Of a DNA stretch of 64,000 nt, positions 27,312-37,342 are shown one piece after another. Where the stretch lies: contig JACRJQ010000005.1 of the NCBI GenBank assembly GCA_016215405.1, positions 11,560 through 75,559 on the forward strand, in the 5' to 3' direction. This stretch comes from Candidatus Tayloriibacteriota bacterium. Lineage in GTDB: Bacteria; Patescibacteriota; Minisyncoccia; Phycocordibacterales; UBA6065. The notes under the pieces are model-generated. The model did no database searches and was not told the origin of the DNA. It saw only the letters and a list, made by a program, of their open reading frames with translations. The position numbers were made by a program, and so were the translations under genes. Each line of letters opens with the position of its first letter. Position 1 is the first letter of the stretch.

Positions 27312-28586
27312 GTGAATAACTCTATGAAGATGCTCAAAGGGACGCCGTGGAAAGAGGGGGTGGAGATCGAGAGATCGCCTCTCTTGCAGGGGACGATCGA
27401 GGCCGACGCGGCTATCGTGGGCGGAGGCCTCTGCGGCGTGGTGACAGCCTATCTTTTGGCGAAGGCGGGCAAAAAGGCGGTCATCCTGGAAAAGAAAAAG
27501 GTCGGAGGCGGCGCGACCGAATACACGACGGCGTTTCTCACTCAGGTCATAGATACCGACATAGGCGACCTGCGCGAGATGTTCGGGGACGGCAAGGCAG
27601 CTCTCGTCCTCGAATCGCATCGGAAGGCGATCGACCTTGCCGAAGGCATAGCGCGCGAGAATGGGATCGAGTGCGAGTTTAGGCGCGTCCCGAGCTTTTC
27701 CTACGCGAACGACGACATCGAGAGGGAAGGGCTTTTGGCCGAGGCCAAGGCCGCCGAAGGCATGCCTATCGATATAGAGTTTCTAGAGGACGACGCGCTC
27801 GGATTCCCGAACCGCGGATATCTGCGGGCGGACGGCCAGGCGAAATTCCACCCGCTCAAATACCTCTCGAAGGTCCTCGATGCGGCGAAGAGGCTCGGCG
27901 TCGAGGTCTATGAGGATTCGGAAGTCCTCGACATCACGGGAAAGGGTCCATACGTGGTCGAGACCGCCGAAGGATCGGTCATCGCAGGCAAGGTCATAGT
28001 CGCGAGCTACGGCCCCCTCAAAAAGAAGCTCTATTTCAAAAAGGCCTTCTACGATTCATATGTCATCGAAGCAGAGGTTCCGTCAGGCGCTTTTCCCGAA
28101 GGCATCTATGAAGACAACATGGAGCCGTATCACTATTTTCGCGTGGACCCGATGGGAGAGAAGGATCGGATCATCATCGGCGGGGAGGACCACCGCTCGG
28201 ACGTGCCGGTAGACGAGCTCAAATCGTTCGCCGCCCTCATTGAATACGCCGAGGGGCTCTTTGCCGGCGTGCCCCACGGCATCGTCCGGAGGTGGAAAGG
28301 CCCCATCGTCGAGCCTGTCGACGGCTTGGCCTTCATCGGCCCGCACAAGGACCCGAATATCTACTATGCGACGGGATTCTCTGGTAACGGGATGACGTAT
28401 AGCCACATCGCCGCGTCCATCATCACCGATCACATCACGGGCAAGAAGAACAAGTATGCCGAGATCTATGACGCCCATCGAAAGCCCGCTTTCAAGCATC
28501 TCATCAAAAAAGGCCGCGATTACACCGAGGAATTCATAGGCGGAGCGGTGAAGAATAGCTTAAAACAGAGGAGAAAGAAGAGTTGA
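27312..28586 (+). CDS. FAD-dependent oxidoreductase (DAO family, YhfW-like, no Rieske domain)
   Basis: IVGGGLCG, QAKFHPLKY, DGLAFIG, TGFSGNGMT. Confidence 0.87.
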   Translation: MNNSMKMLKGTPWKEGVEIERSPLLQGTIEADAAIVGGGLCGVVTAYLLAKAGKKAVILEKKKVGGGATEYTTAFLTQVIDTDIGDLREMFGDGKAALVLESHRKAIDLAEGIARENGIECEFRRVPSFSYANDDIEREGLLAEAKAAEGMPIDIEFLEDDALGFPNRGYLRADGQAKFHPLKYLSKVLDAAKRLGVEVYEDSEVLDITGKGPYVVETAEGSVIAGKVIVASYGPLKKKLYFKKAFYDSYVIEAEVPSGAFPEGIYEDNMEPYHYFRVDPMGEKDRIIIGGEDHRSDVPVDELKSFAALIEYAEGLFAGVPHGIVRRWKGPIVEPVDGLAFIGPHKDPNIYYATGFSGNGMTYSHIAASIITDHITGKKNKYAEIYDAHRKPAFKHLIKKGRDYTEEFIGGAVKNSLKQRRKKS

Positions 28587-28629
28587 TTTTGCGCTATTGT
28601 AATAGTCTCGCTGTGGGTATACTGAATGT

Positions 28630-29322
28630 ATGTCTGCAGATATTGATCTATATGAAAAAGCAGCTGGTACCTATGATCGGCTTCAGATGCTTCGTCCTGA
28701 TTATTCGAGAGCAAAGACGATATTTTTAGACCTCGCCATCAAATATCTAAAAGGGAAGAAGGATATCTCCCTTGTAGATTTTTGCTCTGGTACAGGTGCG
28801 GATACTAAGCTTATCGCCGACCACCTTGAAATCGGTAATGCGATGCTTTTGGACATAAATGAAGAATTTCTCGAGATCGCGAAGAGGTCTAATATTCAGG
28901 CTAAGGTCGTGACCAAGACTGGAGATGTGCTCAGTCATAACTACCTACCTTCTGCCGATGCTGTCATCTCTATGTTCGCGTACCACCATGTTTCTGATGA
29001 CAGAAAAGCTTTATATGTTCAGAAGGCGAAGGATGCTTTGAAACCAGGAGGAATTCTTATTCTCGGAGAGATCTATATGCCTGACAAGAAGACGACTCTT
29101 GATTACTACAAGCAGTTGTACGCTTCGATTCCTCAGAAATCAGAGGAGCTCGAAAGTTTCCTAATGCAGACGGCCAGGAGCGAGGATTTCGAGTATAAAG
29201 TTTCGAGAGTGTTTGCGGAGAATCAATTCGCCGCGGGTGGTTTTACACTCCTTGAGTCCCGGAAGGTTTGGCCAAAAGACGGTTCTGATACCGGAACCTT
29301 CATAGAGATTTGGCGAAGTTAG
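28630..29322 (+). CDS. Class I SAM-dependent methyltransferase (AT-richer than flanks)
   Basis: VDFCSGTG, FAYHH, LKPGG. Confidence 0.85.
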   Translation: MSADIDLYEKAAGTYDRLQMLRPDYSRAKTIFLDLAIKYLKGKKDISLVDFCSGTGADTKLIADHLEIGNAMLLDINEEFLEIAKRSNIQAKVVTKTGDVLSHNYLPSADAVISMFAYHHVSDDRKALYVQKAKDALKPGGILILGEIYMPDKKTTLDYYKQLYASIPQKSEELESFLMQTARSEDFEYKVSRVFAENQFAAGGFTLLESRKVWPKDGSDTGTFIEIWRS

Positions 29323-29419
29323 CAACAATCTTTCCCGTCGACTCGTAATATTCGCGCAAGCTATCTTCAGACATACGGATGGGTAGCTGATTACAAGCGA
29401 TAGCGCGAAACTTAGAACT

Positions 29420-29662
29420 ATGAACACTAAAAAGATAGCGGCTTTTACCTCAGCCGTCACATTAGCCCTTTTCCTCGGCCTCGGAGCGACGTCGGCTTCC
29501 GCTCAGGTGGGCGATTATCCGCCAGGCACGCCAGGCACCGTCGGGGCACCTAATACCGGCGCGGGCGGGGAAGCGGTCATGAACATCGCGCTCCTCGCGT
29601 CTTCGGGGGCGATCGCTCTGGGCGGCGCGGCGTATCTTCTGCGCCAAAGGAGGGCCGCTTAG
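29420..29662 (+). CDS. Small secreted protein with sortase sorting signal (APNTG + TM + basic tail)
   Basis: Signal peptide ending ASA; PNTG; hydrophobic helix; RQRR tail; adjacent to a sortase gene. Confidence 0.75.
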   Translation: MNTKKIAAFTSAVTLALFLGLGATSASAQVGDYPPGTPGTVGAPNTGAGGEAVMNIALLASSGAIALGGAAYLLRQRRAA

Positions 29663-29676
29663 CGCGAGCAAAGCAG

Positions 29677-30306
29677 ATGTCCATTCGGGCATCTGCTTTG
29701 CTCTCCTCTATGAAGGAGCTAAAGAGATTCTGCGCATTATGCATCACCCTTTTCGCCGTTCTTATGTTCGGTCGCACGCTCGCCATTTCTGCCTTCTATG
29801 CTCCCGAAACGGAGCTTTCCGCGGATCAGCCCCATCTGGAAGCCGCAGCCGCAGATTCGCGGTCATTGCCCGCGAGGCTCGCTATCCCGGCTTTGAGCAT
29901 CGATGCCCGTGTCGAGGCCGTCGGCGCGAATCACAGAGGCGATATGGCCTCGCCGTCTGATTACGACGACGTCGCATGGTACATGCACGGGACTATTCCC
30001 GGCGAACGCGGAAGCGCGGTGATCGCGGGACATCTCAATGACGGCCTAGGGCTTTCAGGGGCATTCGAGCGTCTCGGTGACGTTCGGATAGGCGACGACG
30101 TCCTCGTGGAGGACGAGGAGGGCCGGACGCTTCGCTTTGTCGTCGAGAGGATAGAGACATATGGCTACAGGTCCGTGCCCCTCAGAGAGGTTTTTGAAGG
30201 TGACGGCGCGCCGCGCCTCAATCTCATAACTTGCGCAGGGCGTTGGACATGGGACGGGAGGACGTATGACGAGCGGCTCGTCGTCTATACCCGACTCGCC
30301 GACTAA
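29677..30306 (+). CDS. Class F sortase
   Basis: PARLAIPAL, PGERGSAVIAGH, LNLITCAG, R.VV; start may be 29709. Confidence 0.88.
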   Translation: MSIRASALLSSMKELKRFCALCITLFAVLMFGRTLAISAFYAPETELSADQPHLEAAAADSRSLPARLAIPALSIDARVEAVGANHRGDMASPSDYDDVAWYMHGTIPGERGSAVIAGHLNDGLGLSGAFERLGDVRIGDDVLVEDEEGRTLRFVVERIETYGYRSVPLREVFEGDGAPRLNLITCAGRWTWDGRTYDERLVVYTRLAD

Positions 30307-30456
30307 TCCGACCTAAGGGCTCGTTCTCTGGGATCGGTCCGCGGTACCGAGGGTTAAAAACAGTATCATATATGATACTGCCTGAAGTATGGGAAAAGCG
30401 TCGGTCGAAAAGCCGTAAAGGCGCCTCTAAGGCACCTGAGAGGTATAATTACCCAT

Positions 30457-31305
30457 ATGAAGCGGGCCATCCTCTTATCTATCGCGCTCTTAGCCTTTTC
30501 CCTTGCGGAGGGCGCCTTCGCCGCGACCATAAGCGTGATGCCGGAGAAGCCGATACAGGGAGATCCGCTCATGATCAGGGTCGAGGGCCTCTCCGCCACG
30601 ACCACGGTCAAAAGCATCTCGTTCGACGGCAAGGCGCTCGGCATAGTCTCGTACACGGCACCGACGGCGTTCTACGGCATCGACATCAATAAGAAGGTGG
30701 GAACGTATGTAGTTAGGGCGACGCTTTCCGACGGGACGGCGATAGAGGAGGAGGTAAAGGTCGGCGCGAGGAGAAAGGCCGTCGCGCCCCTCGGCATCCC
30801 CGAGAAGCTCGGCGGGAATACCGCGACGTCGGCGGCCAAGCTCGTCGATACGCTCGCGATCGAGAACGCTTCGCTCCTCGGCCTGCGCACGGGCGGGCAT
30901 GCCTTTTGGACGAAGCCCTTTCGCTATCCGGTGTCAGACCCGATCGTGACGGACGAATACGGATATTCGCGAAAGACGGTGGGACAGACGATAACCCACA
31001 AGGGTACGGATTTCCGCGCGAAGGAAGGGACTCCCATCCTCGCGATGAATCGCGGCGTGGTACGCGTCGCGCGAGAAGGTCGCAACTACGGCAAGACCGT
31101 CGTCATCGATCATGGCTTGGGGCTTCAGACCTTCTACATGCATCTCTCGAAGATCAAGGTAAACGTAGGCGAATTGGTGCTTCCAGGGCAGGCGATTGGA
31201 CTTTCCGGCATGACCGGATACGCCGAATCGCCGCATCTGCACCTGACCGTCCGTATCAACGATATCTCGGTCGATCCTGTTACGTTCTTAGGATTCTTTA
31301 GATAG
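30457..31305 (+). CDS. M23 family peptidase
   Basis: HKGTDF, IDHG, YMHLS, PHLH. Confidence 0.9.
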   Translation: MKRAILLSIALLAFSLAEGAFAATISVMPEKPIQGDPLMIRVEGLSATTTVKSISFDGKALGIVSYTAPTAFYGIDINKKVGTYVVRATLSDGTAIEEEVKVGARRKAVAPLGIPEKLGGNTATSAAKLVDTLAIENASLLGLRTGGHAFWTKPFRYPVSDPIVTDEYGYSRKTVGQTITHKGTDFRAKEGTPILAMNRGVVRVAREGRNYGKTVVIDHGLGLQTFYMHLSKIKVNVGELVLPGQAIGLSGMTGYAESPHLHLTVRINDISVDPVTFLGFFR

Positions 31306-31368
31306 ATGTGCTAAGGTTCTTAGGCAAAAGAAACCAAGTCGAGTTTCTCGGTATATAGCAACAATCAC

Positions 31369-31566
31369 ATGAAAGGAACCATCAAGACTCTTACAGAGAA
31401 AGGATTTGGCTTCATCGCTCGCGAAGGCGAGACGAAGGACCTCTTTTTCCACTCGAACGACCTCCAGGGCGTCGCATTCGACTCTCTTAAGGTAGGAGAC
31501 GCAGTCACTTTCGACGTAGTCGACGGCCAGAAAGGCCCGGCAGCGGCGAACGTAAAGAAGGCGTAA
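31369..31566 (+). CDS. Cold-shock protein
   Basis: KGFGFI, DLFFH, KGPAAANV. Confidence 0.95.
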   Translation: MKGTIKTLTEKGFGFIAREGETKDLFFHSNDLQGVAFDSLKVGDAVTFDVVDGQKGPAAANVKKA

Positions 31567-31632
31567 CTCTCTGAAAAGCCGCCCGCAAGGGCGGCTTTTC
31601 CGTATGGTAATATATGAATCTATACTAAAGAC

Positions 31633-33084
31633 ATGCTTTCATTCATCAAACGCAAGAAGGTCATCATTATCATCATCGCGGTCGCCGTCATAGCGGTAGC
31701 CCTCGGCCTTAAGGCGCGCGGCAACGGGGGATACGAGACGACATCAGCGGTCCGCGGCGACCTCGTACGGACCGTGGAGCTCTCGGGCAAGGTCGTGCCC
31801 CAAGACGATGCCGACCTCGCCTTCGAGGTCACGGGCAGCGTCGCGAGGGTATACAAAAGGGTTGGCGACAGGGTCGCTGCGGGCGAGGTCATAGCCGAGC
31901 TCGACAAGGCGGCGACGAACGCCGACCTCATGAAGGCGCAGGCGGACCTCTCCGCGGCGAGAGCGGAGCTCGCAAAGCTCGAGGGGGGAGCGGACATAAA
32001 CGCAAAGATAGCGAGCTCCAGGAAATCGATCGTTCAGAGTATCCTCGACGCCTACACCGACGCCGACGACGCTATCTATAACAAGGTCGACCAATTCTTC
32101 GAGGACCCTCGCACCCCTAATCCGGAGATCATATTCTCCTTCGACGACTACGCGCTTCGAAACCGGGTGAATGCCGCTCGCGTCTCGGTGGGGAACACCC
32201 TCGCAGAATGGAGGGCGCGGACGGCCGACCTCTCGGTCACCACCTATGTCGAAGCCGACCTCGAAAGCGCAAAGGCGTCCCTCCGCGAGATATCCCTCTT
32301 CCTCGACGACGTGGCGAGGGCGGTCAACGCGTTCAAGCCCTCTACGTCCCTTACCCAGACGCAGATAGACAAATACCGCACCGACGTCGCGGCGGCGCGC
32401 CAGAACGTCAACGGAGCCTCTGCGACCCTCATCTCGGGCGAAGAGAGCCTCACTTCCGACGTCTCCGACGTGCCGGTCCAGGTCGCGCGGGTGCAAGCGG
32501 CAGAGGCGACCGTCGCCAACTACGCCTCGCGCCTCGCCAAGATGTCCTTGCGGTCGCCAATATCGGGCATCGTCTCGAAGCAGGACGCCAAGGCAGGGGA
32601 GGCTGTCTCGGCGAATACGGTCGTGGCGTCGGTCATAAGCGAAGGACTCAAGATGGAGGCGTACGTGCCTGAGGTGTCGGTCGCAGGCGTCGTCGAAGGC
32701 GCGCTGGCCGAAGTGACCCTCGACGCGTATGGCGACGACGAGCTTTTTAGGGCCAAGGTCGTGCACGTAGACCCTCGAGAGACCGTCCGCGACGGAGTCT
32801 CGACCTACAAGATCGACCTCGTATTCTCGGAATCAGACGAGCGCATCCGTCCCGGCATGACCACCAATATCGTCATAGAGACCATGAGGAAAGAAGGCGC
32901 GCTTCTCCTCCCCGAGAGAGCCGTCACGGGAGGCAAGGGGTCGAAGACCGTCCTCGTAAAGGATGCCGAGGGGAATATCTCTGAAAGGGAGATCCGCGAG
33001 GGCCTTACGGACACCAACGGCAATATCGAGATCCTCGAAGGGATCTCCGAGGCCGACACCGTCGTGCTTAATCCGAAGAAGTAA
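31633..33084 (+). CDS. Efflux periplasmic adaptor (HlyD/MacA-like) with long helical insert
   Basis: LAFEVTG.V..V...VGD.V..G, LRSPISG, RPGMT. Confidence 0.85.
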   Translation: MLSFIKRKKVIIIIIAVAVIAVALGLKARGNGGYETTSAVRGDLVRTVELSGKVVPQDDADLAFEVTGSVARVYKRVGDRVAAGEVIAELDKAATNADLMKAQADLSAARAELAKLEGGADINAKIASSRKSIVQSILDAYTDADDAIYNKVDQFFEDPRTPNPEIIFSFDDYALRNRVNAARVSVGNTLAEWRARTADLSVTTYVEADLESAKASLREISLFLDDVARAVNAFKPSTSLTQTQIDKYRTDVAAARQNVNGASATLISGEESLTSDVSDVPVQVARVQAAEATVANYASRLAKMSLRSPISGIVSKQDAKAGEAVSANTVVASVISEGLKMEAYVPEVSVAGVVEGALAEVTLDAYGDDELFRAKVVHVDPRETVRDGVSTYKIDLVFSESDERIRPGMTTNIVIETMRKEGALLLPERAVTGGKGSKTVLVKDAEGNISEREIREGLTDTNGNIEILEGISEADTVVLNPKK

Positions 33085-33087
33085 CAG

Positions 33088-34335
33088 ATGCCGCAATTCA
33101 TCAGGATAGGATTCTTCCTCGCGCTCCGGCAGGTGCGCAGGGCGTCGAAATGGACCACGAGCCTCATCATATTCGTGATGACTCTGACGTTCCTCAACCT
33201 CGTCGTGGTCTCCGGTATCCTGGTGGGCCTCATAGAGGGCGCGGTCGAGGCGAACAAGACCTATTACACCTCGGATATCATAATCTCCAAGCTCGAGAAG
33301 AAAGACTATATAGAGCAGAGCCCTCTCGTCCTTAATATCATCCGCTCTATGCCCGAGGCCGAAGAGGTCTCTGCGCGCTATATCGAATCTGGCAGGGTAG
33401 AGGCGAACTACAAATCGGCGGCCAAGGAGGAGGAGATCGATTCCGCCGGAGGCACCTTCGCGGGCATCGACCCGGTGGCCGAAGAGAGGCTCACGGGAAT
33501 CTCCCGCTTCGTCATAGAAGGAGAATATCTCGAGCCTGACGATTACGACCAGGTCCTCGTAGGCGCGTACCTCCTCAAGAAATATTTTCCGGTCGAATCT
33601 CCCGGGTTCTCTACTCTCGATAACGTCGAGGTAGGGGACAAGATACGCGTCACCCTAGGCGACATCACCCGCGAGGTGCGCGTAAAGGGGATCGTGAAGT
33701 CGAAGGTGGACGAGCTCGCGTATCGCGTCTATTTCGTCGACAGGCAGTTCCGCGACCTCATCGGCCGCTCCGACTATAACGTCGACGAGATATCCGTGAA
33801 GATCCGCGAGGGCTCCGACGCCCTCGACGTAAAGGAGGCGCTTCTACGCGCGGGCGTCGGGCGCTATGCCCGAGTCCAGACGTTCGAGGATGCTCAGCCG
33901 AAATTCCTCAAGGATATAAAGGCGACCTTCGCCCTTCTCGGCAACATGATCAGCTCGATCGGCCTCGCCGTCGCGTCGATCACGATCTTCATCGTCATAT
34001 TCATAAACGCGATCACTCGCCGAAAGTTCATCGGCATATTGAAGGGTATCGGCATAAGCGGCAGGACGATCGAGGTCTCGTACATATTCCAGTCGTTCTT
34101 CTACGCGATCTGCGGGTCGGCGATCGGGCTCGCGCTCCTCTACGGCTTCCTGCAGCCCTATATCGCCGCTCATCCTATAAACTTCCCGTTCTCCGACGGC
34201 ATCCTCGTGGCCCCCGCCCTCGGCACGACGGTCAAGGTCGCCATCCTCGTGTTCACGACGATAATCGCCGGGTATATACCCGCGAGGATGATCGTCCGCA
34301 AGAATACACTCGATTCTATCCTAGGAAGAAACTGA
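33088..34335 (+). CDS. ABC transporter permease (MacB/FtsX-like)
   Basis: RRKFIGILKGIG, GYIPAR; four-TM layout. Confidence 0.88.
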   Translation: MPQFIRIGFFLALRQVRRASKWTTSLIIFVMTLTFLNLVVVSGILVGLIEGAVEANKTYYTSDIIISKLEKKDYIEQSPLVLNIIRSMPEAEEVSARYIESGRVEANYKSAAKEEEIDSAGGTFAGIDPVAEERLTGISRFVIEGEYLEPDDYDQVLVGAYLLKKYFPVESPGFSTLDNVEVGDKIRVTLGDITREVRVKGIVKSKVDELAYRVYFVDRQFRDLIGRSDYNVDEISVKIREGSDALDVKEALLRAGVGRYARVQTFEDAQPKFLKDIKATFALLGNMISSIGLAVASITIFIVIFINAITRRKFIGILKGIGISGRTIEVSYIFQSFFYAICGSAIGLALLYGFLQPYIAAHPINFPFSDGILVAPALGTTVKVAILVFTTIIAGYIPARMIVRKNTLDSILGRN

Positions 34336-34336
34336 T

Positions 34337-35017
34337 ATGGAGCTCATCAAAGTAAAGAACCTCGTAAAGACATTCCAGAACGGCGATAAGGAGACGCACG
34401 TTCTTAAGGGCATCGATTTCTCGTGCGGAGACGGAGAGTTCATCGCCATCATGGGTCGTTCCGGAGCCGGCAAATCGACCTTCATGTATCAGATAAGCCT
34501 TCTCGACGAGCCGACTTCCGGCGAGATCGTCGTCTTCGATAAGAACACCCACTCCATGACCTCCGAAGAGAAGACGAAGTTCAGGCTCAACAAGCTCGGC
34601 TACGTGTTCCAAGACTACGCCCTCTTGCCCGACCTAACCGCCGTCGAGAACGTCGCCGTGCCCCTTATGATGCAAGGGAAGTCCAAGAGGGAGGCGTATA
34701 TCGAGGCGAAGGTCGCCCTCGAGCTCGTGGGCCTCGGACACCGGTTCGACAACCTGCCGTCCCAGATGTCGGGAGGCGAGCAGCAGCGCACCTCGATCGC
34801 GCGCGCCCTCGCGCACAAGCCTCGCATCCTCTTCGCCGACGAGCCGACCGCGAACCTCGACAACGAATCGTCGAAGACCATCATGGAGCTCTTCAAGCAG
34901 GTCCATGACTCGGGGCAGACCATAATCATGGTCACCCATGAAGAGGAGTATTCGAAGCTCGCGAAGAGGGTGATCCGGCTCGACGACGGTAGGATCATAA
35001 GCGATCAGAGGCAGTAG
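34337..35017 (+). CDS. ABC transporter ATP-binding protein (LolD/MacB-like)
   Basis: GRSGAGKST, MSGGEQQR, ADEPT, VTH. Confidence 0.95.
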   Translation: MELIKVKNLVKTFQNGDKETHVLKGIDFSCGDGEFIAIMGRSGAGKSTFMYQISLLDEPTSGEIVVFDKNTHSMTSEEKTKFRLNKLGYVFQDYALLPDLTAVENVAVPLMMQGKSKREAYIEAKVALELVGLGHRFDNLPSQMSGGEQQRTSIARALAHKPRILFADEPTANLDNESSKTIMELFKQVHDSGQTIIMVTHEEEYSKLAKRVIRLDDGRIISDQRQ

Positions 35018-35036
35018 CTTCGGCTCGCGTGATATC

Positions 35037-35921
35037 ATGAAAGGCACGATGGATAAGAGAGGATTCACCCTCATAGAGCTCCTGGTCGTGATATCGATAG
35101 TCTCGCTCCTCTCGAGCGTCGCGCTCGCAAGCCTCAATTCCGCTCGCGATAGGGCGGACCTAGCCGCAGGGAAGAGGTTCGCTGCCCATGCCAGGTCGGC
35201 TTTGGCCGCGAAGTCGGCGAATAACGCGCCTTTGGTGTATCTGACCTTCGATTCGGGATCGGGTGCTTCGAGCATCCTCAATTCGGGCCTGCTCTCGGGA
35301 AGCGTGGGCACCTGGAACGCCTCTTTTCAAGCCGACAGCTCTCTTTACGGGACCGGCCAGCACATGAGAGGCCCGACCGCGACCCTCTCGTACCCTCTAG
35401 TCTGGGCCGAGAGCGGCGGGTCGCGCATCGGACAGGCCATATCGGCGCTCGATTTCACGATGTCTATCTGGTTTAACCCGAACGGGAGCTCCTACGCCTC
35501 TGCCTGTGGCGGGCCGTGCAGGATAATATCGAACGCTCAAGACGGCAACAACACCTCTATGCGCATAACCACATCGGGCGCTATAACGTTCCTCATAGAG
35601 GGCACGCAGGTGCTCTCCTACGCGCTCTCGCCGAAGGATTCCTGGTATCACCTCGCGTTCACCTCCGCGAACAGAGGGTCGACCATCGACGTCGCTCTCT
35701 ACGTCAACGGCAGACAGGTCGCCACGGCATCCCGAGCGACGCTCTCTTTTTCTGCTCCGGTCTCGAACATATCCGTCGGAGGCGCCTGCTGCTCGAGCTA
35801 TGTCCTCCCGAACGCCCTCTATGACGACGCGGCGTTCTTCGATAGCGCCCTCCTCGCGAGAGATATACGCGAGCTCTATCTGGCGGGCGGCGGAGATAGG
35901 GAGGCTTTCGCCCGCAGGTGA
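35037..35921 (+). CDS. Type IV pilin-like protein with LamG/concanavalin-like domain
   Basis: RG|FTLIELLVVISIVSLL prepilin site; FTMSIWF, WYHLAFT, LYVNG. Confidence 0.85.
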   Translation: MKGTMDKRGFTLIELLVVISIVSLLSSVALASLNSARDRADLAAGKRFAAHARSALAAKSANNAPLVYLTFDSGSGASSILNSGLLSGSVGTWNASFQADSSLYGTGQHMRGPTATLSYPLVWAESGGSRIGQAISALDFTMSIWFNPNGSSYASACGGPCRIISNAQDGNNTSMRITTSGAITFLIEGTQVLSYALSPKDSWYHLAFTSANRGSTIDVALYVNGRQVATASRATLSFSAPVSNISVGGACCSSYVLPNALYDDAAFFDSALLARDIRELYLAGGGDREAFARR

Positions 35922-36008
35922 CTCGCCTCGGGCTGAAACCAAGGAGTTCTTCGACTCGTAGTTCTAATGCAGGTCGCATTATCAGGCTATAACCATCGAA
36001 ACAGGATT

Positions 36009-36584
36009 ATGAAAAATGCACTGCATTCGAACATCAGGATACTGGCGGCAGGCACCGTCATCGCGCTCATATCGGCCTTCGCGTTCCAGACGAACGCTCA
36101 AACGGTAACGGGCGGAGTGACGGGGACCCTTTCCGCTACGAGCACTTCGGCGACCTCGACCGAATTCGCGCTCTTGCAAGGAAGGATAGACGGCCTCGAA
36201 AGCGAGGTGGATGTCCTCCGAGCGGAGGTCGCGACTCTGCGGGCAACCGTGGCGCTGCTCATGGGGCAGATCGGCTCGGGCGGGACCGGCGGTAGCGGGA
36301 CCACCACGGCCACTACGAGCTCGTCCGTGAGCGTGAGCCCTCAGGGCGCTTCCGTGAGGGCCGGCACGTCCATCGACTTTTCAGGGCGAGGCTTCTGGTA
36401 TGACGAGCCGGTGAGGGTAACCGACGCATCGGGCGCCGTCGTAGGCACGGCCAGGGCGGACGGGGGCGGTAATTTCTCCACAGGGTCGCTGCCCGTATCT
36501 TCCGCGACGGGCAGCCGTTCTTACACCTTTACAGGGGGTTGGAGCGGCATGTCGAAGACGGTCTCATTTACAGTCACTCAGTAG
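36009..36584 (+). CDS. Secreted Ser/Thr/Gly-rich protein with coiled coil and Ig-like C-terminus
   Basis: Signal peptide; low-complexity linkers. Confidence 0.7.
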   Translation: MKNALHSNIRILAAGTVIALISAFAFQTNAQTVTGGVTGTLSATSTSATSTEFALLQGRIDGLESEVDVLRAEVATLRATVALLMGQIGSGGTGGSGTTTATTSSSVSVSPQGASVRAGTSIDFSGRGFWYDEPVRVTDASGAVVGTARADGGGNFSTGSLPVSSATGSRSYTFTGGWSGMSKTVSFTVTQ

Positions 36585-36725
36585 CGACGGTCTCGGCGCA
36601 CGAGAAGCCCTCCTCGTAATTCGCGGAGGGTTTTTCGCGCTTGTAAAGAGACAAGCAGAGAAAGGCGCGCGTAGTATAGGGGTCGACCAAGCGGCAACTC
36701 ATTACAAGATCAATCCAACAGAAAA

Positions 36726-36842
36726 ATGGCACGAAAAAACTCTAACGGAAGGAACCGGTCTCGATCGAGATCGGCGTCCCGTCCGAAAAGCGATTCCCGA
36801 CGACGATCGGAGGCCCAGAGGGAGCGCGAGGATATGAATTAA
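36726..36842 (+). CDS. Small basic Arg/Ser-rich protein (38 aa)
   Basis: MARKNSNGRNRSRSRSASRPKSDSRRRSEAQREREDMN; A-rich leader; terminator right after the stop. Confidence 0.6.
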   Translation: MARKNSNGRNRSRSRSASRPKSDSRRRSEAQREREDMN

Positions 36843-36887
36843 AAGAAAGACCGCCGGCCCTTGGGCCGGCGGTCTTATTCGCGCCTC

Positions 36888-37328
36888 CTAGAGGGCGCTT
36901 CGTCTCTTTTTTCCGAGGTCTGCGAATACGGTCGCGGCGAGGGCGATGATGACGATGTTCTTTATGATGTATTGGCCCTCGAGCGTCGGCACGAACGCCT
37001 GAGACCAGGTCATGTCCGGTAGGAGGAAGAGGGGCATTATGGTCGTCACCATGTGGACGGCGAGGAGGCCCATTCCGACCTTCTCGGCGCGAGGTATGAC
37101 GAACAGGATGCCGATGAGGACCTCGAGGAGGCCGAGGCACACTATGAACGTATCGGCGGACATGGGCAAGATGATGCCTAAGGTCCTGCCGAAGAGGTCT
37201 GAGACGAGGGGATTCGCCGGCGAGAGGCCGAAGAGCTTGAGCGACCCGAACCAGACGAATACCACGAATAGGGCGAAATGGGCGAATAAGAACGCGTTAT
37301 ACTCCGTCTTTTTCATTCCTTGGTTCAT
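36888..37328 (-). CDS. DoxX/YkgB family membrane protein
   Basis: WFGSLK..GLSPA, PTLEGQYIIKN. Confidence 0.82.
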   Translation of the reverse strand: MNQGMKKTEYNAFLFAHFALFVVFVWFGSLKLFGLSPANPLVSDLFGRTLGIILPMSADTFIVCLGLLEVLIGILFVIPRAEKVGMGLLAVHMVTTIMPLFLLPDMTWSQAFVPTLEGQYIIKNIVIIALAATVFADLGKKRRSAL

Positions 37329-37342
37329 GCCGTTATTGTAGC

